Positions 50,205 to 63,995 of a DNA stretch of 64,000 nucleotides are shown here, piece after piece. The notes under the pieces were generated by a model. That model searched no databases. It was not told the origin of the DNA and worked only from the letters and a program-made list of their open reading frames with translations. The stretch is taken from positions 75,216,064 through 75,280,063 of the forward strand of contig NC_068989.1 in assembly GCF_001194135.2 (NCBI RefSeq). The letters run 5' to 3'. Position 1 is the stretch's first letter; every line of letters begins with the position of its first letter. Source of the DNA: Octopus bimaculoides (Eukaryota). Made by a program: the position numbers and the translations under genes.

Positions 50205-50605
50205 ATACTCTTTTACTTGTTTCAGTCATTTGACTGTGGCCATGCTGGAGCACCGCCTTTAGTCGAGCAAATCGACCCCAGGACTTATTCTTTGTAAGCC
50301 TAGTACTTATTCTATCGGTTTCTTTTGCCGAACCGCTAAATTACGGGGACGTAAACACACCTGCATCGGTTGTCAAGCGATGTTGGAGGGACAAACACAG
50401 ACACACAAATATATACACACATACATATATATGCATATATACGATGGGCTTTTTTCAGTTTCCGTCTACCAGATCCACTCACAAGGCTTTGATTGGCCCG
50501 AGGCTATATAGTAGAAGACACTTGCCCAAGGTGCCACGCAGTGAGACTGAACCCCCGAACCATGTGGTTCGTAAGCAAGCTACTTACCACACAGCCACTC
50601 CTACG
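50205..50605 (-). mobile_element. SINE family A copy
   Basis: Complete reverse complement of family A. Confidence 0.85.
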
Positions 50606-51820
50606 CCCGATACGTATGTAGATATAAAGTGTCACGCAGTGGGACAACTTGAAGCCCTGTGGTTGCGAAGTGAGCTTCTTACTAAATATTTCATTATTTT
50701 CAAAAGTAACTGCAGCAACTAAAACGTATTTCAGCAAAAATATCCTAACAGAAGACTTAATCTGAGATCAGTCCTGACTGGGCAAACCTCTGATCAAAAA
50801 TATTCCAGCCATGACCGTTCTGTCTTTTCCTGTGTGCAAAGAATCCGAGACCACATCCAAAATCTTTTATACCTTTTACTTGTTTCAGACATTTGACTGT
50901 GGCCATGCTGGAGCACCGCCTTGAAGCGTTTTTGTTGGACAAATCGACCCCAGTAATTATTAAAAGAAAAAAATACTTGGTACTTATTCTATTGGTCAGT
51001 TTTGGGGGCGTAAACAAACCAACATCGGTTGTCAAGTGCAGCAGTGGCGGGGGACAAACATACACAAAGACATATGTATGTGCGTGTGCGCGTGTATGTA
51101 TGCATGTGTATGCCAGGCTTCTTTCAGTTTCCATCTACCAAATCCACTCACGAGGCTTTGGTCAGCATTAGTGGAAGACACTTGCCCATGGCGTCACGTT
51201 TTTTTTCGTTTTTTCCTAATGACGGTAAGGATGATTTAAAGACGATTTAGCTGCTGTTTCTAGCAGATTGAGCAATCACATCGTCTTTCTCGCTGGCTCA
51301 AAGCAAAAAAGATGTTACTTAAGGCAACAATCAAAACGAGGATGATAACCAGAAGAAATGCTTGCAAATTTGGAGAAAAAATTCCAGAATGGATGAAAGA
51401 TGTTTAACATAAAGGTAAGGGAGATAACTCAGAGAAACGAAAATGGTTTTGCTATGTAATAGTGTAGTTGGGTGTTGGTGTATTGTATGTAGTGTAGTGA
51501 TGTCATTTCGTGTATTCAAAGGTGGGGGCGTCATGGTGGCTGTTGTTTAGCCCCTGGTCAACCTTGACCAAGCATATTTATTGATCAACGGTATTCCAGT
51601 TGTGACCATCCACTCTTTGTATGTTAGACATAATGTATTTAGGACTTACCCAGTGCGTCTTCCACTTTTAATGTGGTGTAGGAGATTTTTGCTGCTGTTT
51701 CTAGCACATGAAAAGATTACACAGAGGCACCCTCATGACTATCCAACTCTTTGTGTGTGTGAGAGGCAGAACGAGACATAATGTATCTAGGACTACATCA
51801 TCCAGTATGTGTTCTTTTAT

Positions 51821-52010
51821 TACAAGGGGGGGCTGAAAAGTTCCTGGCTTTAAGGATATTGTGAAAAGCCTGGTTGGAGGCCCAACTTTCTCAGTTCTTT
51901 TACAGAGCTTAGAAAAACTGAAGGACCGCTGCAATAAGTGTGTGAATCTGAGAGGGGAATATATGGCATAAAATCATAATTAACTGATTCTCTTGTAAAC
52001 TTTATCTGCC
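51821..52010 (+). mobile_element. Mariner-type non-autonomous fragment
   Basis: TA|CAAGGGGGGGCTGAAAAGTTCCTGG TIR-like start and KLKDRCNKCVNLRGEY, which resembles the mariner transposase C-terminus; right TIR not seen. Confidence 0.65.
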
Positions 52011-52049
52011 AACAAAATGTGGTGGTCCTATAAAGGACGACATTACTGA

Positions 52050-52790
52050 AAAAAGTGCCACACCGTAGCAGTGGAGGGAACCTGTGGAAGAGGTAGGCCC
52101 AGGAAGACCTGGGATGAGGTGGTAAGGCACGACCTTCGAACATTGGGCCTCACTGAGGCGATGACTTCTGACCGAGACCTTTGGAAATATGCTGTGCATG
52201 AGAAGACCCTGCAAGCCAAGTGAGACCTAAATCGAAGGCCTCAGGCAGCCCACTTATGCGTACCTTCCTTCATTGGACACTAAACTCAGCTTGCAAAGAC
52301 CTGCTGAGGCAAGTGAAATCGAAATCGAATTACATTTGACGACTGGCACCCATGCCAACATCGTCTCCTTCATTGGAAACGAAACTCAGCTTGCGAAGAC
52401 CTTTTGGGGCAAGCGAAAGCAAAACCGTCAATGGCACCTGTGCCCAACATCGCCTTCCTGGCACTTGTGTCAGATGGCACGTGAAAAGACATTCGAGCGA
52501 GATCATTGCCAGTGCCGCTGAACTGGCTCCTGTGCAGGTGGCATGTAAAATGCACCATTTTGAGCATGGCCGTTGCCAGTACCGCCTGACTGACCTTCGT
52601 GCCGGTGGCATGTAAAAGCACCCACTACACTCTCGGAGTGGTTGGCCTTAGGAAGGGCATCCAGCTGCAGAAACTCTGCCAAATCAGATTGGAGCCTGGT
52701 GTAGCCACCTGGTTTCACCAGTCCTCAGTCAAATCATCCAACCCATGCTAGCATGGAAAGCGGACGTTAAACGATGATGATGATGATGAT
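52050..52790 (+). pseudogene. RTE LINE 3' end: ORF terminus plus full 3' UTR (source of family B)
   Basis: 52050-52223 encodes KKCHTVAVEGTCGRGRPRKTWDEVVRHDLRTLGLTEAMTSDRDLWKYAVHEKTLQAK* (GRGRP..TW is typical of RTE C-termini), running into family B modules and a (GAT)n tail. Confidence 0.88.
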
Positions 52791-54589
52791 ATCTAATTNN
52801 NNNNNNNNNNNNNNNNNNNNNNNNNNNNNNNNNNNNNNNNNNNNNNNNNNNNNNNNNNNNNNNNNNNNNNNNNNNNNNNNNNNNNNNNNNNNNNNNNNNN
52901 NNNNNNNNNNNNNNNNNNNNNNNNNNNNNNNNNNNNNNNNNNNNNNNNNNNNNNNNNNNNNNNNNNNNNNNNNNNNNNNNNNNNNNNNNNNNNNNNNNNN
53001 NNNNNNNNNNNNNNNNNNNNNNNNNNNNNNNNNNNNNNNNNNNNNNNNNNNNNNNNNNNNNNNNNNNNNNNNNNNNNNNNNNNNNNNNNNNNNNNNNNNN
53101 NNNNNNNNNNNNNNNNNNNNNNNNNNNNNNNNNNNNNNNNNNNNNNNNNNNNNNNNNNNNNNNNNNNNNNNNNNNNNNNNNNNNNNNNNNNNNNNNNNNN
53201 NNNNNNNNNNNNNNNNNNNNNNNNNNNNNNNNNNNNNNNNNNNNNNNNNNNNNNNNNNNNNNNNNNNNNNNNNNNNNNNNNNNNNNNNNNNNNNNNNNNN
53301 NNNNNNNNNNNNNNNNNNNNNNNNNNNNNNNNNNNNNNNNNNNNNNNNNNNNNNNNNNNNNNNNNNNNNNNNNNNNNNNNNNNNNNNNNNNNNNNNNNNN
53401 NNNNNNNNNNNNNNNNNNNNNNNNNNNNNNNNNNNNNNNNNNNNNNNNNNNNNNNNNNNNNNNNNNNNNNNNNNNNNNNNNNNNNNNNNNNNNNNNNNNN
53501 NNNNNNNNNNNNNNNNNNNNNNNNNNNNNNNNNNNNNNNNNNNNNGACGACTGGCACCCATGCCAACATCGTCTCCTTCATTGGAAACGAAACTCAGCTT
53601 GCGAAGACCTTTTGGGGCAAGCGAAAGCAAAACCGTCAATGGCACCTGTGCCCAACATCGCCTTCCTGGCACTTGTGTCAGATGGCACGTGAAAAGACAT
53701 TCGAGCGAGATCATTGCCAGTGCCGCTGAACTGGCTCCTGTGCAGGTGGCATGTAAAATGCACCATTTTGAGCATGGCCGTTGCCAGTACCGCCTGACTG
53801 ACCTTCGTGCCGGTGGCATGTAAAAGCACCCACTACACTCTCGGAGTGGTTGGCCTTAGGAAGGGCATCCAGCTGCAGAAACTCTGCCAAATCAGATTGG
53901 AGCCTGGTGTAGCCACCTGGTTTCACCAGTCCTCAGTCAAATCATCCAACCCATGCTAGCATGGAAAGCGGACGTTAAACGATGATGATGATGATGATAT
54001 CTAATTTCATTTTATATCTATCTATCTGTCTGTCTGTCTTTTTATTGATCTAGCTGTCAATTGATCATTCTATCTATCTATCTATCTATCTCTAACTCTC
54101 TATCTATCTACCTATCTACACACATACGTACATACATACACACATACATACAGACACACATACATACATGTAATTATCATCCTTTTAATGTCCACTTTTC
54201 CATGATTGCATCAGTTGGATGGAATGGATGGAATTTGTTGAGTGGATTTTCTACAACCAGATGTCCTTCCTGTTGCTCATTTATAACAATCACACAATGA
54301 CAAGACAAAGAGACAGTAAAATATTCTAATGTGATGGTGATGCTCATTTATAACAATCACAATGACAAGACAAGGAGACAGTAAAATATATGCACACACA
54401 CATATATATATATATACAAACATACATGCACAACAGATTTCTTTCAATTTCTATCTATCAAATCCATTTACAAATAGCCCAGGGCTATAGTAGAAGACAC
54501 TTGCCCAAGGTGCTACACTGTGGGAATGAACCCAGGACCATGTGATGAGCAAGCAAACTTATCGCACAGTTGTACCTGTACCTATATCA

Positions 54590-54902
<313 letters not shown>

Positions 54903-55699
54903 CTCTCACATTAAAATGTATAATTAGTTTTCTGTTCTCCCCTTCTGGCCATATATATTTCCTGCAAAGATCTAATTAAGAGACAGTCTGGTGGAGCAAG
55001 ATCTGTAGAATATGAAGAGTGCAGCAGATTTCCTTCTGTCTTTCAGTTGTTTCAGTCATTGGACTGCGGCCATGCTGGGGCACCACCCTAAAGTATTTAT
55101 ATATATATTCACACGGACACTTTATTTCACATTCCTCCAGTCCACTCAGCTGGCAAAAATGAGTTGTACCTGTATCTTAAAAAAAGCCAGCCACATCATA
55201 TTCTATCACACAGAATCTCCCTATAAACTATGTTAAGGTTAAATGTATCTGTGGAGTGCTCAGCCACGTGCAGGCTGTTCCATTGATCGGATCAACTGGA
55301 ACCCTTGTCATCATAACTAACAGAGTGCCAGTTCCTCTTCCAATAATTATTCAATAAGGTTTTCTTTGGAGGAAGTCCTATCTGTGGTGTTTTATATTGT
55401 TGTAAAGAATCCATTTCTCATCTCCAGTCATGAGACAGTCTAAAATGGTGCTTGAAGGTTATGTTCACAGAGCAGTTCACAGCAGTGAAGTCTTTGTTGA
55501 TGTTTTCCTGCTGAAAAAGCATAAGAAACCTATTTCCCCCACTTTGAAACTTATCCTAGCATCTCCAAATGATTACAATTCATCACAATGCTTACATTAA
55601 ACTGTTTTGGTGTCACAACAGGATTTCCTGCAAATGTTGTCTCTCGCATTTTTTCATCTAATTTGGAAGTATGTGTGAAGGTGTGTGGTTTAGTGATAG

Positions 55700-56010
55700 G
55701 GCATTCGATTAAATAAGTACCAGTTACGCACTGGGGTCGATATAATCGACTTAATCCGTTTGTCTGTCCTTGTTTGTCCCCTCTGTGTGTAGCCCCTTGT
55801 GGGCAGTGAAGAAATAAGAAACGTTAGCATGCTGGGAAAAATGCTTAGTGGTATTTCGTCTGTCTTTATGTTCTGAGTTCAAATTCTGCTGAAGTCGACT
55901 TTGCCTTTCATCCTTTCGGGGTCAATAAATTAAGTACCAGTTGCATATTGGGGTCAATCTATTCAACTGACCCCCTCTCCCAAAATTTCGGGCCTTGTGC
56001 CTTGAGTAGA
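55700..56010 (+). mobile_element. SINE family D pieces
   Basis: Same modules as 6823-7191 in the opposite orientation. Confidence 0.75.
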
Positions 56011-56189
56011 ATAGAATATCAGCTTTGCTTCAGTATCTTCCTTTCAGATTTTGCTGCACTGTGTCATGTTGCCCTGAAAGAAACCCTCCCTCCACTTCTC
56101 CCAGGTCTCGTTGGTTCTGAATTGTCATCAATGTTTCTGTAACGTTGCTTTTTTCTAGGTAGGGATGTTGACATTCTTATCTCTGGGAA

Positions 56190-56320
56190 GAGGTTGTCCA
56201 TATTAGTCCAGCCTCTGTCCTTTGACCTGTCTAGCATGGGAGGACCCTACAAGGAGCTTGCACTCTACTGGCATAGCTCTGAGGGTCACTGAGGCACTCA
56301 AACCCTGATACCACAAGGAC
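56190..56320 (-). mobile_element. Possible RTE LINE 5' UTR relic
   Basis: Minus strand CCTTGTGG...GGGTTTGAGTGCCTCAGTGACCCTCAGAGCTATGCC...TAGGGTCCTCCCATGCTAGACAGGTC resembles my recollection of RTE/BovB-like 5' ends; not verified by search. Confidence 0.4.
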
Positions 56321-56700
56321 TGGGCCCTGTGGTGGGAACCAATATTGTTGTGATGCCTTCCTTCTCTTGATACCCTAAACATGTACTTATTTTGCTTAAT
56401 GGTTAATCCAGTGCTGCACGTATGAAGTTTTCAACCGACCTTCCACAAGTTCCTTTATTCACTGCTTTGCTTGCATGAACACTTCACAGAAACTCATAAA
56501 GCATAAATATGTTCTTTGCTCGGTTCGATGGATGGGTTCATGATATAGAAAATTAGTATTTTGAAATATGGTTATTGCTTTACAGGAACTCTTCTTGAAA
56601 TGATTATACATTAATGAATCCCACCATTAGTTATAGTTTTTACCCCACCACCCATGAAAAACGAAAACAAATTTCAACAGGTTTTAATTGGATAGAACCG

Positions 56701-56741
<41 letters not shown>

Positions 56742-57446
56742 ATATGACTGAGAGGGTAAGCGTGGATAGAATTATAAAGCGATGTTACTCTGGTACTAAG
56801 AGAAATATGAATGGAAGCAGGTGAGCTGGTAAATTTTGAATGAAGTCGGTTGTTATTTGCAGATAAACAGTGACAAACAGCGAAGAAAAAGAGAGACTCA
56901 GAACGAAAGAGTCGAGGACGGATTGCAATGAGAATGTTAGAGTGATAATAATGATTCTTAGAGCAATGTTAGCGGTGCTGCACAGAACGAAATTAATAAT
57001 GGAATGAACTGAATGCTAAGGAGAAAAAAACAAACAAACGGGGGAGAGAGAACGGGCGGGAAAGAAGAGAGAAAGAAAAGTTAACTATGACGGATGACAT
57101 TTAAATACCACAATAAACCTAACACATGGCCAACGGAAATCGCCTCGTTCGCTGGCAAGTAGCATATAAATCTAATTAGCCAGTACAGATATCTCCCCAC
57201 CATCACAATGATAACTTTCTTTCTTTTTCTTCCATTGTCTATCTCTGTCTTTCTTTTTATTTCTCTATATTTCACTTTTTCATTTGTTTTTTTTTTTGTC
57301 AAGTGTGTATGCATGTATGTGTGATTATATCATAATCTTTGTCTCTTTTTCTCTCTTCCTCTTGTCTTTCTTTCTGTCTTTCACTGTTTGTCACTGTATC
57401 TTAGTTTTTCTTTTAGGGTAGATGCCTCTCTGTGATTACACATTAG

Positions 57447-57484
<38 letters not shown>

Positions 57485-57569
57485 GTAACTCAAAATTCTT
57501 TTGGAACTAAATACAAGTCGTTTCATGCTCACATAGACACTCTAGTACCCTCCATAGACTTTCACATGT

Positions 57570-57648
57570 ACACATACAATCAACAAGTATAATTCTTCAC
57601 TTACACACATACAATCAACAAGTATAATTCTTCACTTACACACATACA
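57570..57648. repeat. 35-bp tandem duplication
   Basis: CACATACAATCAACAAGTATAATTCTTCACTTACA at 57571 and 57606. Confidence 0.92.
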
Positions 57649-58918
57649 CACGCGCGCTGTCTCAAAATTCTTCGCAACGAATTCTTTGTTTCATGTACGT
57701 AGACACTCGCGCGTGCGTATCGTTCAACACATACGTACACTCAGATATATACATATACATATCTTTAGCACTAATTTCACTATCAAATTGTCCAGAAACC
57801 AAGAGAGAGAGGGAAAGAATTTCAATGACATTCTTTATCTTCTTTCTCTCTTGTATTTCCTTGCCTGATTCTTGTCTTTTCCCTTTCCCATTCTCTCTGT
57901 AAGGACTCGTGCGTGGGACAGACGGAAAGATAGTAGATCTACGTCTTTCTTCCACTATCGCCTCATCTTTCGTCTTCTTACGTTGTCCTCCCCCCCCCCA
58001 CTCCGTAAAGGAATGTACGTCAGTATAGATGCAAGGGGAAATTCTTGAAGACATCCAGAAGTTTTTCTTTGTCTCTCTCTTCCACTATATCCCCGTTTTT
58101 ACTCCTTATTTCGTCCGTCCTTCATTATCTCTCTATACATTATGCGTGCGTTTATATATGAGTGTACGTGTTTCCGTATATCATGCAAGGGGAAATTCTT
58201 GAAGGCGTCCAGAAGTCTTTGTCTTCCTTTGACGTCTTTCCCCTATTATAGCTGTTTTTTCTTTCTTTTTTTTTTTTTTAAACTACACCCTCACTCTTAA
58301 TATATGAATGTGTACATACAGTTTGCATGCTCATACCATGCAGGGGAAAATTCTTGGACCCGTCTAGTTGACTAAGTGTCCTGGTTTTTGTGACGATTTC
58401 ATTATCTCTCTCAACACAAGCATACACACACACACACACACTCTTGCATGCATGCATGCATACATACATACATAAGGTATGGATGCGCCGGGTAGCAGCG
58501 CAGGGGCGTCAAAAGTCTTGGGGACCAATTCTAATCTATGGTGTAACTTGCAGTCAATAAATAAACCCTGCGGGGCCCAATGTATTGATTTGTCCGGGGT
58601 AAGGTCCTATGATGCTGCTAATACGGCCCTGTGTATATATATATATCGGCATTTTCTATGGCGTTGTGTTCTCTGGTCCTGAAGGTTATCGGAGATCTGA
58701 GATCAGTTGCTATCCCGTTTCGCATCCCTCCATCATTTCTCTCCGCTCTTCGTTTATGTCGTGGCCTGTTTGTCTGGCCATTGTTTCAGCACTTCTGTTC
58801 GCTATTAATGACATCCCGTCCCATCACTTGCAGCCGATCAGATATTATTGTGCGTAGGCGGCAATGACAAGACTATATTGTAATTATGATTGCGGGTTGT
58901 GGACTTTTGCACTTGATA

Positions 58919-58920
<2 letters not shown>

Positions 58921-58981
<61 letters not shown>

Positions 58982-59033
58982 NNNNNNNNNNNNNNNNNNN
59001 NNNNNNNNNNNNNNNNNNNNNNNNNNNNNNNNN

Positions 59034-59061
<28 letters not shown>
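58921..59061. repeat. (GT)n microsatellite with gap
   Basis: Direct reading. Confidence 0.95.
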
Positions 59062-59064
<3 letters not shown>

Positions 59065-59687
59065 CGCGCGTACATATACACTCGCCCAGATACATGCGTT
59101 TTGGTATTTAGCTGTTTTAACCGTAGTAGGTCAATAACGATCTACCAGACTATAATCAAAGACGTTCCAGCCACGACCGTTTCATCTCATATTCAGACAA
59201 CATTATGAAATGTGTCTCACTTATCATCTTTAAAGACACTGGCGTGTAATATAAGGACGATTTTGCAGCTATTTCTAGCTGGTCAAGAGACCCCGTAGAG
59301 AGGTCGTAATTGTATCTGAAATGGAGTTTCTTGTTTGTTTTTTCTTTTCTTTTTTTCTTCTCAAATTTGTTCATTGACGTTGTTACTAACGTGTATAAAG
59401 TCGGATGGCAAAATTAACTACAAGCAGGACTTCGAAGTCACTGACAACCTTTATTCAAAATATAAATAAATGTTATACTCTACCAATATGTATTGAGTGT
59501 TTTTCCTCTAGTGTTTGATTGTCTTTAATCATCACCTTCATCGTCGTCGTCGTCATTTAACGTCCATGCCCCATGCTAGCATAGGTTTGACGGTCCAATA
59601 AGCTCAGGGACTGTATCGTACCCTACTGTCTGCTTCTGCATGCTACAGCTGGATGTCCTTCCTAACGCCAACCACCTTTCAGTGTGT

Positions 59688-59732
<45 letters not shown>

Positions 59733-61299
59733 CCATCAACACTAGTGAAGCGACTATAAAGCTTGCAAAGACCTTGAGTGGCAAGGAGTAACCATATATT
59801 AAGAGAATAATAACTAGAGAGTGGGGATGAAACATGAGAAAAAAGTGCTGGAGCAAGCAGGCTTCTTGCTGAAAAAGGAGTTATGTGACTAAACACGTTT
59901 TAGAAGAGAGGATGGTGGGGGTGAAGGCTAGAAATTGGTGATGAGGTGTCAAGGTGAGCCTTTACACATGATTATTATGTAAAACACACACATACATACA
60001 CACACATATTCACTCACAGTTGCTTGACCTTAGCCAGCTGAACATATCCCTTAGTGGCTAACAATACATGCATCTCTTATCACGAGCAGAAGTAGTGGAG
60101 GAGCATCATAGCCATGTATTGAGAGGGATTATTTGGGGTTTGAATAATTCACCAGTGGAAACATGGGGTGTTTCATTCATCATCCTTAAACAACCCTTAT
60201 TCAGGGACCTTTTTAGTAGGATGGGCTACTTGACTCGATAATCTAAGTATTGACATCTGACACCTTTTTGATGGTAGTCTAGTCAACATAGCCAGATTTA
60301 TATTTGCTATTTATTGTAGGGGCAGAGCTGCTCAGTGGGTGAATGTTTTGTTGAAAGTTGGGAAAAACAAGAACATCCATGGTGAACTAATGAGGAATTA
60401 CAATTCTTGTAGCCTGATATAGACTCCAATCTTTGGATTTATTCAACAACCGATTTACATGAGAGCCTAGAAATGCTGTTGTTTTCCAAGAATGAACACA
60501 GTAAAGCAACTTGAATCCTTTAAATTGAATTATTTAGTGGCCCAGTGAAGATTTATAAACCATAGCAAGGATTCTCCATTTGAGCTTTCTGAAATGAACA
60601 AATACACACAATTATTCTACGTAGAGAGTTGTCAGATAAATTCATCCATTTTTCTTTTCCTACTTAGTACTGCATCATCATATGTCTGAAAAGAGTTAAA
60701 ATCTATTTAAATTTCAAGAACAAATAAACAAATTTTGGAGAAGAAGAACAGAGCTACAAAACGACTCCATAAAACACTACAATAAAAATATTTTCATGTT
60801 ATTTCAAATCGTACCAGAAAGGAATGAAACAGATGGAAGGGGGAAAAAAAAACAACAAATTTATCAGATAACTCAATGTATATGGATTCACATTTGCACA
60901 CCAAGGCAAAATACTTAGCAGCATTCTGAGTTCAAATTCTGCTGAGGTTGACTCTGCCTTTCATCCTTTCAGGGTTGATAAAATAAGTACCAGTTGAACA
61001 CTGTAGGCAATGTAAACTGGTGATCTTGTGCCAAAATTTGTAACCAATATGTATGGATGTACATACATATAAAAAATGATCGCACATACTTTTTTTCTAA
61101 AGAGATGCATACACCCGTTACATGAGTAAGTATATCCGCACATACAGCAACATATATAAACATTAAATTTACTTAATGTTCACAAATCTCTGAAAGTATT
61201 TTGGCTTAACCAAAGAAACCTTGTTGCTTTGTTAGTGATCTGCTTGAATCCGGCAAAGGATTTAAATAAATAAATCTCAAAGAAAAAACATACATACAA

Positions 61300-61305
61300 A
61301 TATAT

Positions 61306-61402
<97 letters not shown>

Positions 61403-61870
61403 TACATATGCAGGTGTAAATAAATACATACATATACATATACATATATATATATATACAAACATATAAACATACATGTGTACATATATATAAATACAAG
61501 CATATGTATACCCGTAATGGTTGTTAGTGACCAGGTTGAATCCTGCAAAGCACTGAAATAAAATTCACAGGAAAAGATACATACATACATATGTACATGT
61601 ATGTATATGTATACACACACACACGCACACACACACGCACACATATATGTATATACATCATCCATCCATACATACATACATACATATATATATATACATA
61701 TACATGCACATACACATATATCTTACACAAATCTATATACATACAAATATATAACCATACATACATGCATACACAAATTCACACATATACGCATACCCAC
61801 ATTCATACATAAATCCATATGTACACATTCATGCCTACATACATACAAACATGCATACACACACACTTAT
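61300..61870. repeat. (CA)n / (CATA)n low-complexity tract
   Basis: Direct reading. Confidence 0.95.
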
Positions 61871-62262
61871 AAAAATAAACATACATATGTAAACATTAAT
61901 TGCTGAATTGATACCAATTGCTAAATATAAGTGATAAGAATATCTCTAACATATGTTTGATGTGATTTTTTCACGATAATATTTCAATTTGATAAAACTC
62001 AGTTGTCAAAACCTTCCTATAACCAACATGGAGGTTTCTTGCTTTTTTTTTTCTGGAATTTTCTTCCCTCATCTTAATTTACCAGTTCAACATTTAAATG
62101 AATTTTTTTTTTTTTGTTCTTTGAAAAATCTTACATTTCAAAAGTTATTTATCTTGACTGGAACTTGAGTGATTGGTTTGATGCAACTGGTTACNNNNNN
62201 NNNNNNNNNNNNNNNNNNNNNNNNNNNNNNNNNNNNNNNNNNNNNNNNNNNNNNNNNNNNNA

Positions 62263-62686
62263 TATAAGTACTTTTGGTTATCTCACCCCCATTAAAAAAT
62301 TGCCATTAATAAACTGGGTTATCTCCCCACTAAAATACTGAGTTTATGTGGTAACAAGAAATTGAATTAAAACTGTTAGATCCTTTTGATTCAATACTTC
62401 AACACATTGTTGACTTTTGGCCTCCTCAATAGGCATGATTTGTTATAAAAATGTTATTAGATTCAATGAGATACTCTTTTACTCTTTTACTTGTTTCAGT
62501 CATTTGACTGCAGCCATGCTGGAGCACCGCCTTTAGTCGAGCAAATCGACCCCGGGACTTATTCTTTGTAAGCCTAATACTTATTCTATCGGTCTCTTAT
62601 GCTGAACCGCTAAGTGACAGGGACATAAACACACCAGCATTAGTTGTCAAGCAATGCTAGGGGGACAAACACAGACACACAATCAT

Positions 62687-62717
<31 letters not shown>

Positions 62718-63112
62718 ATATACGACGGGCTTCTTTCAGTTTCCGTCTACCAAATCCACTCACTAGGCTTTGGTCAGCCCGAGGCTATAGTAGAAGACAC
62801 TTGCCCAAGATTCCATGCAGTGGGACTGAACCCGGAACTATGTGGTTGGTAAGCAAGCTACTTACCACACAGCCACTCCTGCACATATAGATGTTTAATT
62901 TTTTTCAGTTTTCATGTTTATTAATTTTTTTTTTAGTTTTGTATGTTTTGTTATAAAAATACTATTAGATCCAATAAGATGTGTAATCTTTTTGCTTTTC
63001 ATGTTTATTAATGAAAAAATTTTTTTGTTGTTTTATTGAATGTTAAACAATTTTTTTAGTTGGGGGAGATAACCCAATTTTTTAATGGGGCTAAGATAAC
63101 AATAAGTATTAT
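62263..63112. mobile_element. TA-flanked MITE with ~60-bp imperfect TIRs, interrupted by a family A SINE (62470-62882, minus)
   Basis: Left TATAAGTACTTTTGGTTATCTCACCCCCATTAAAAAATTG...GGTTATCTCCCC matches the reverse complement of right GGGGAGATAACCCAATTTTTTAATGGGGCTAAGATAACAATAAGTATTATA. Confidence 0.7.
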
Positions 63113-63960
63113 ATATATATATATAACAGATCAGGATTCAATTAAATCGGACACTTAAATAGTAAGGCACTGGGTCGGGCTGAAAAGTAAAATGTGTACA
63201 CAGCAAAAATAGATGAATGTATATGCAGCTTCTAAAGCACAGGCAGAAAGATATTCAGGTTATGTGTACTATTAACTGTACCTGACTGTGTATATCAATG
63301 GCCCTGAGGCAAATCAAGAAATGCACTTTGTATTGAATATACAGTCTGTAATATACTACGGATTTCGGAACCTGCAAAGAGCAGGTTCAGAAAGAGGTGA
63401 ATAATAATTGAACAAATAACAACAAATGGATAATGTGTAACTCCACTACAGCTGTTTCCAACAAATTTTAAATTGATTAAGGGAGACATTACATCATTAG
63501 AAAAAGCATATTCATTAGGTGAATACATGAGCTACAACAACCAGAAATATTCAAAATCTAACAGGGTGCATCTTCGTGATTCTACGACCCTCGTTGGTCA
63601 TAGAATGAATGTGCTAGTTCAGTTTGGTAGCATTAATGGAGAAAACACGATGTCATATGCGGGTAGCGGGGTAAGATTTATAGAGATGAAGGAGGTTAGA
63701 GGATGAGGTAGGAGGGAGTCAGATAGCAAAACATCTTGCCCCTACAACTAAGATAGAGTTAGTTTCTTTTATCCTTTAATTCTATTCAACAAGCGGTTTG
63801 AGGGTTAAATGCAACTCACCTTTATGGTCGTTTGGTTTTAAAAGGGGACATATAGAAGGCTGTCAAATAAGTAAATATATAGATAACTGGGTGACCTTAT
63901 CCTTTGTATTTAACCCTATATATATATCATCATCATCATTGTTTAAGCGGACGTTAAACA

Positions 63961-63995
<35 letters not shown>

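Noticed and set aside
52338-54006. Apparent 461-bp direct duplication (52338-52798 and 53546-54006)
   Set aside because: The copies look identical and sit on either side of an N-gap, which is typical of unmerged overlapping contig ends; probably an assembly artefact.
63473-63706. 77-aa ORF near the window end
   Set aside because: No recognisable similarity or exon structure.
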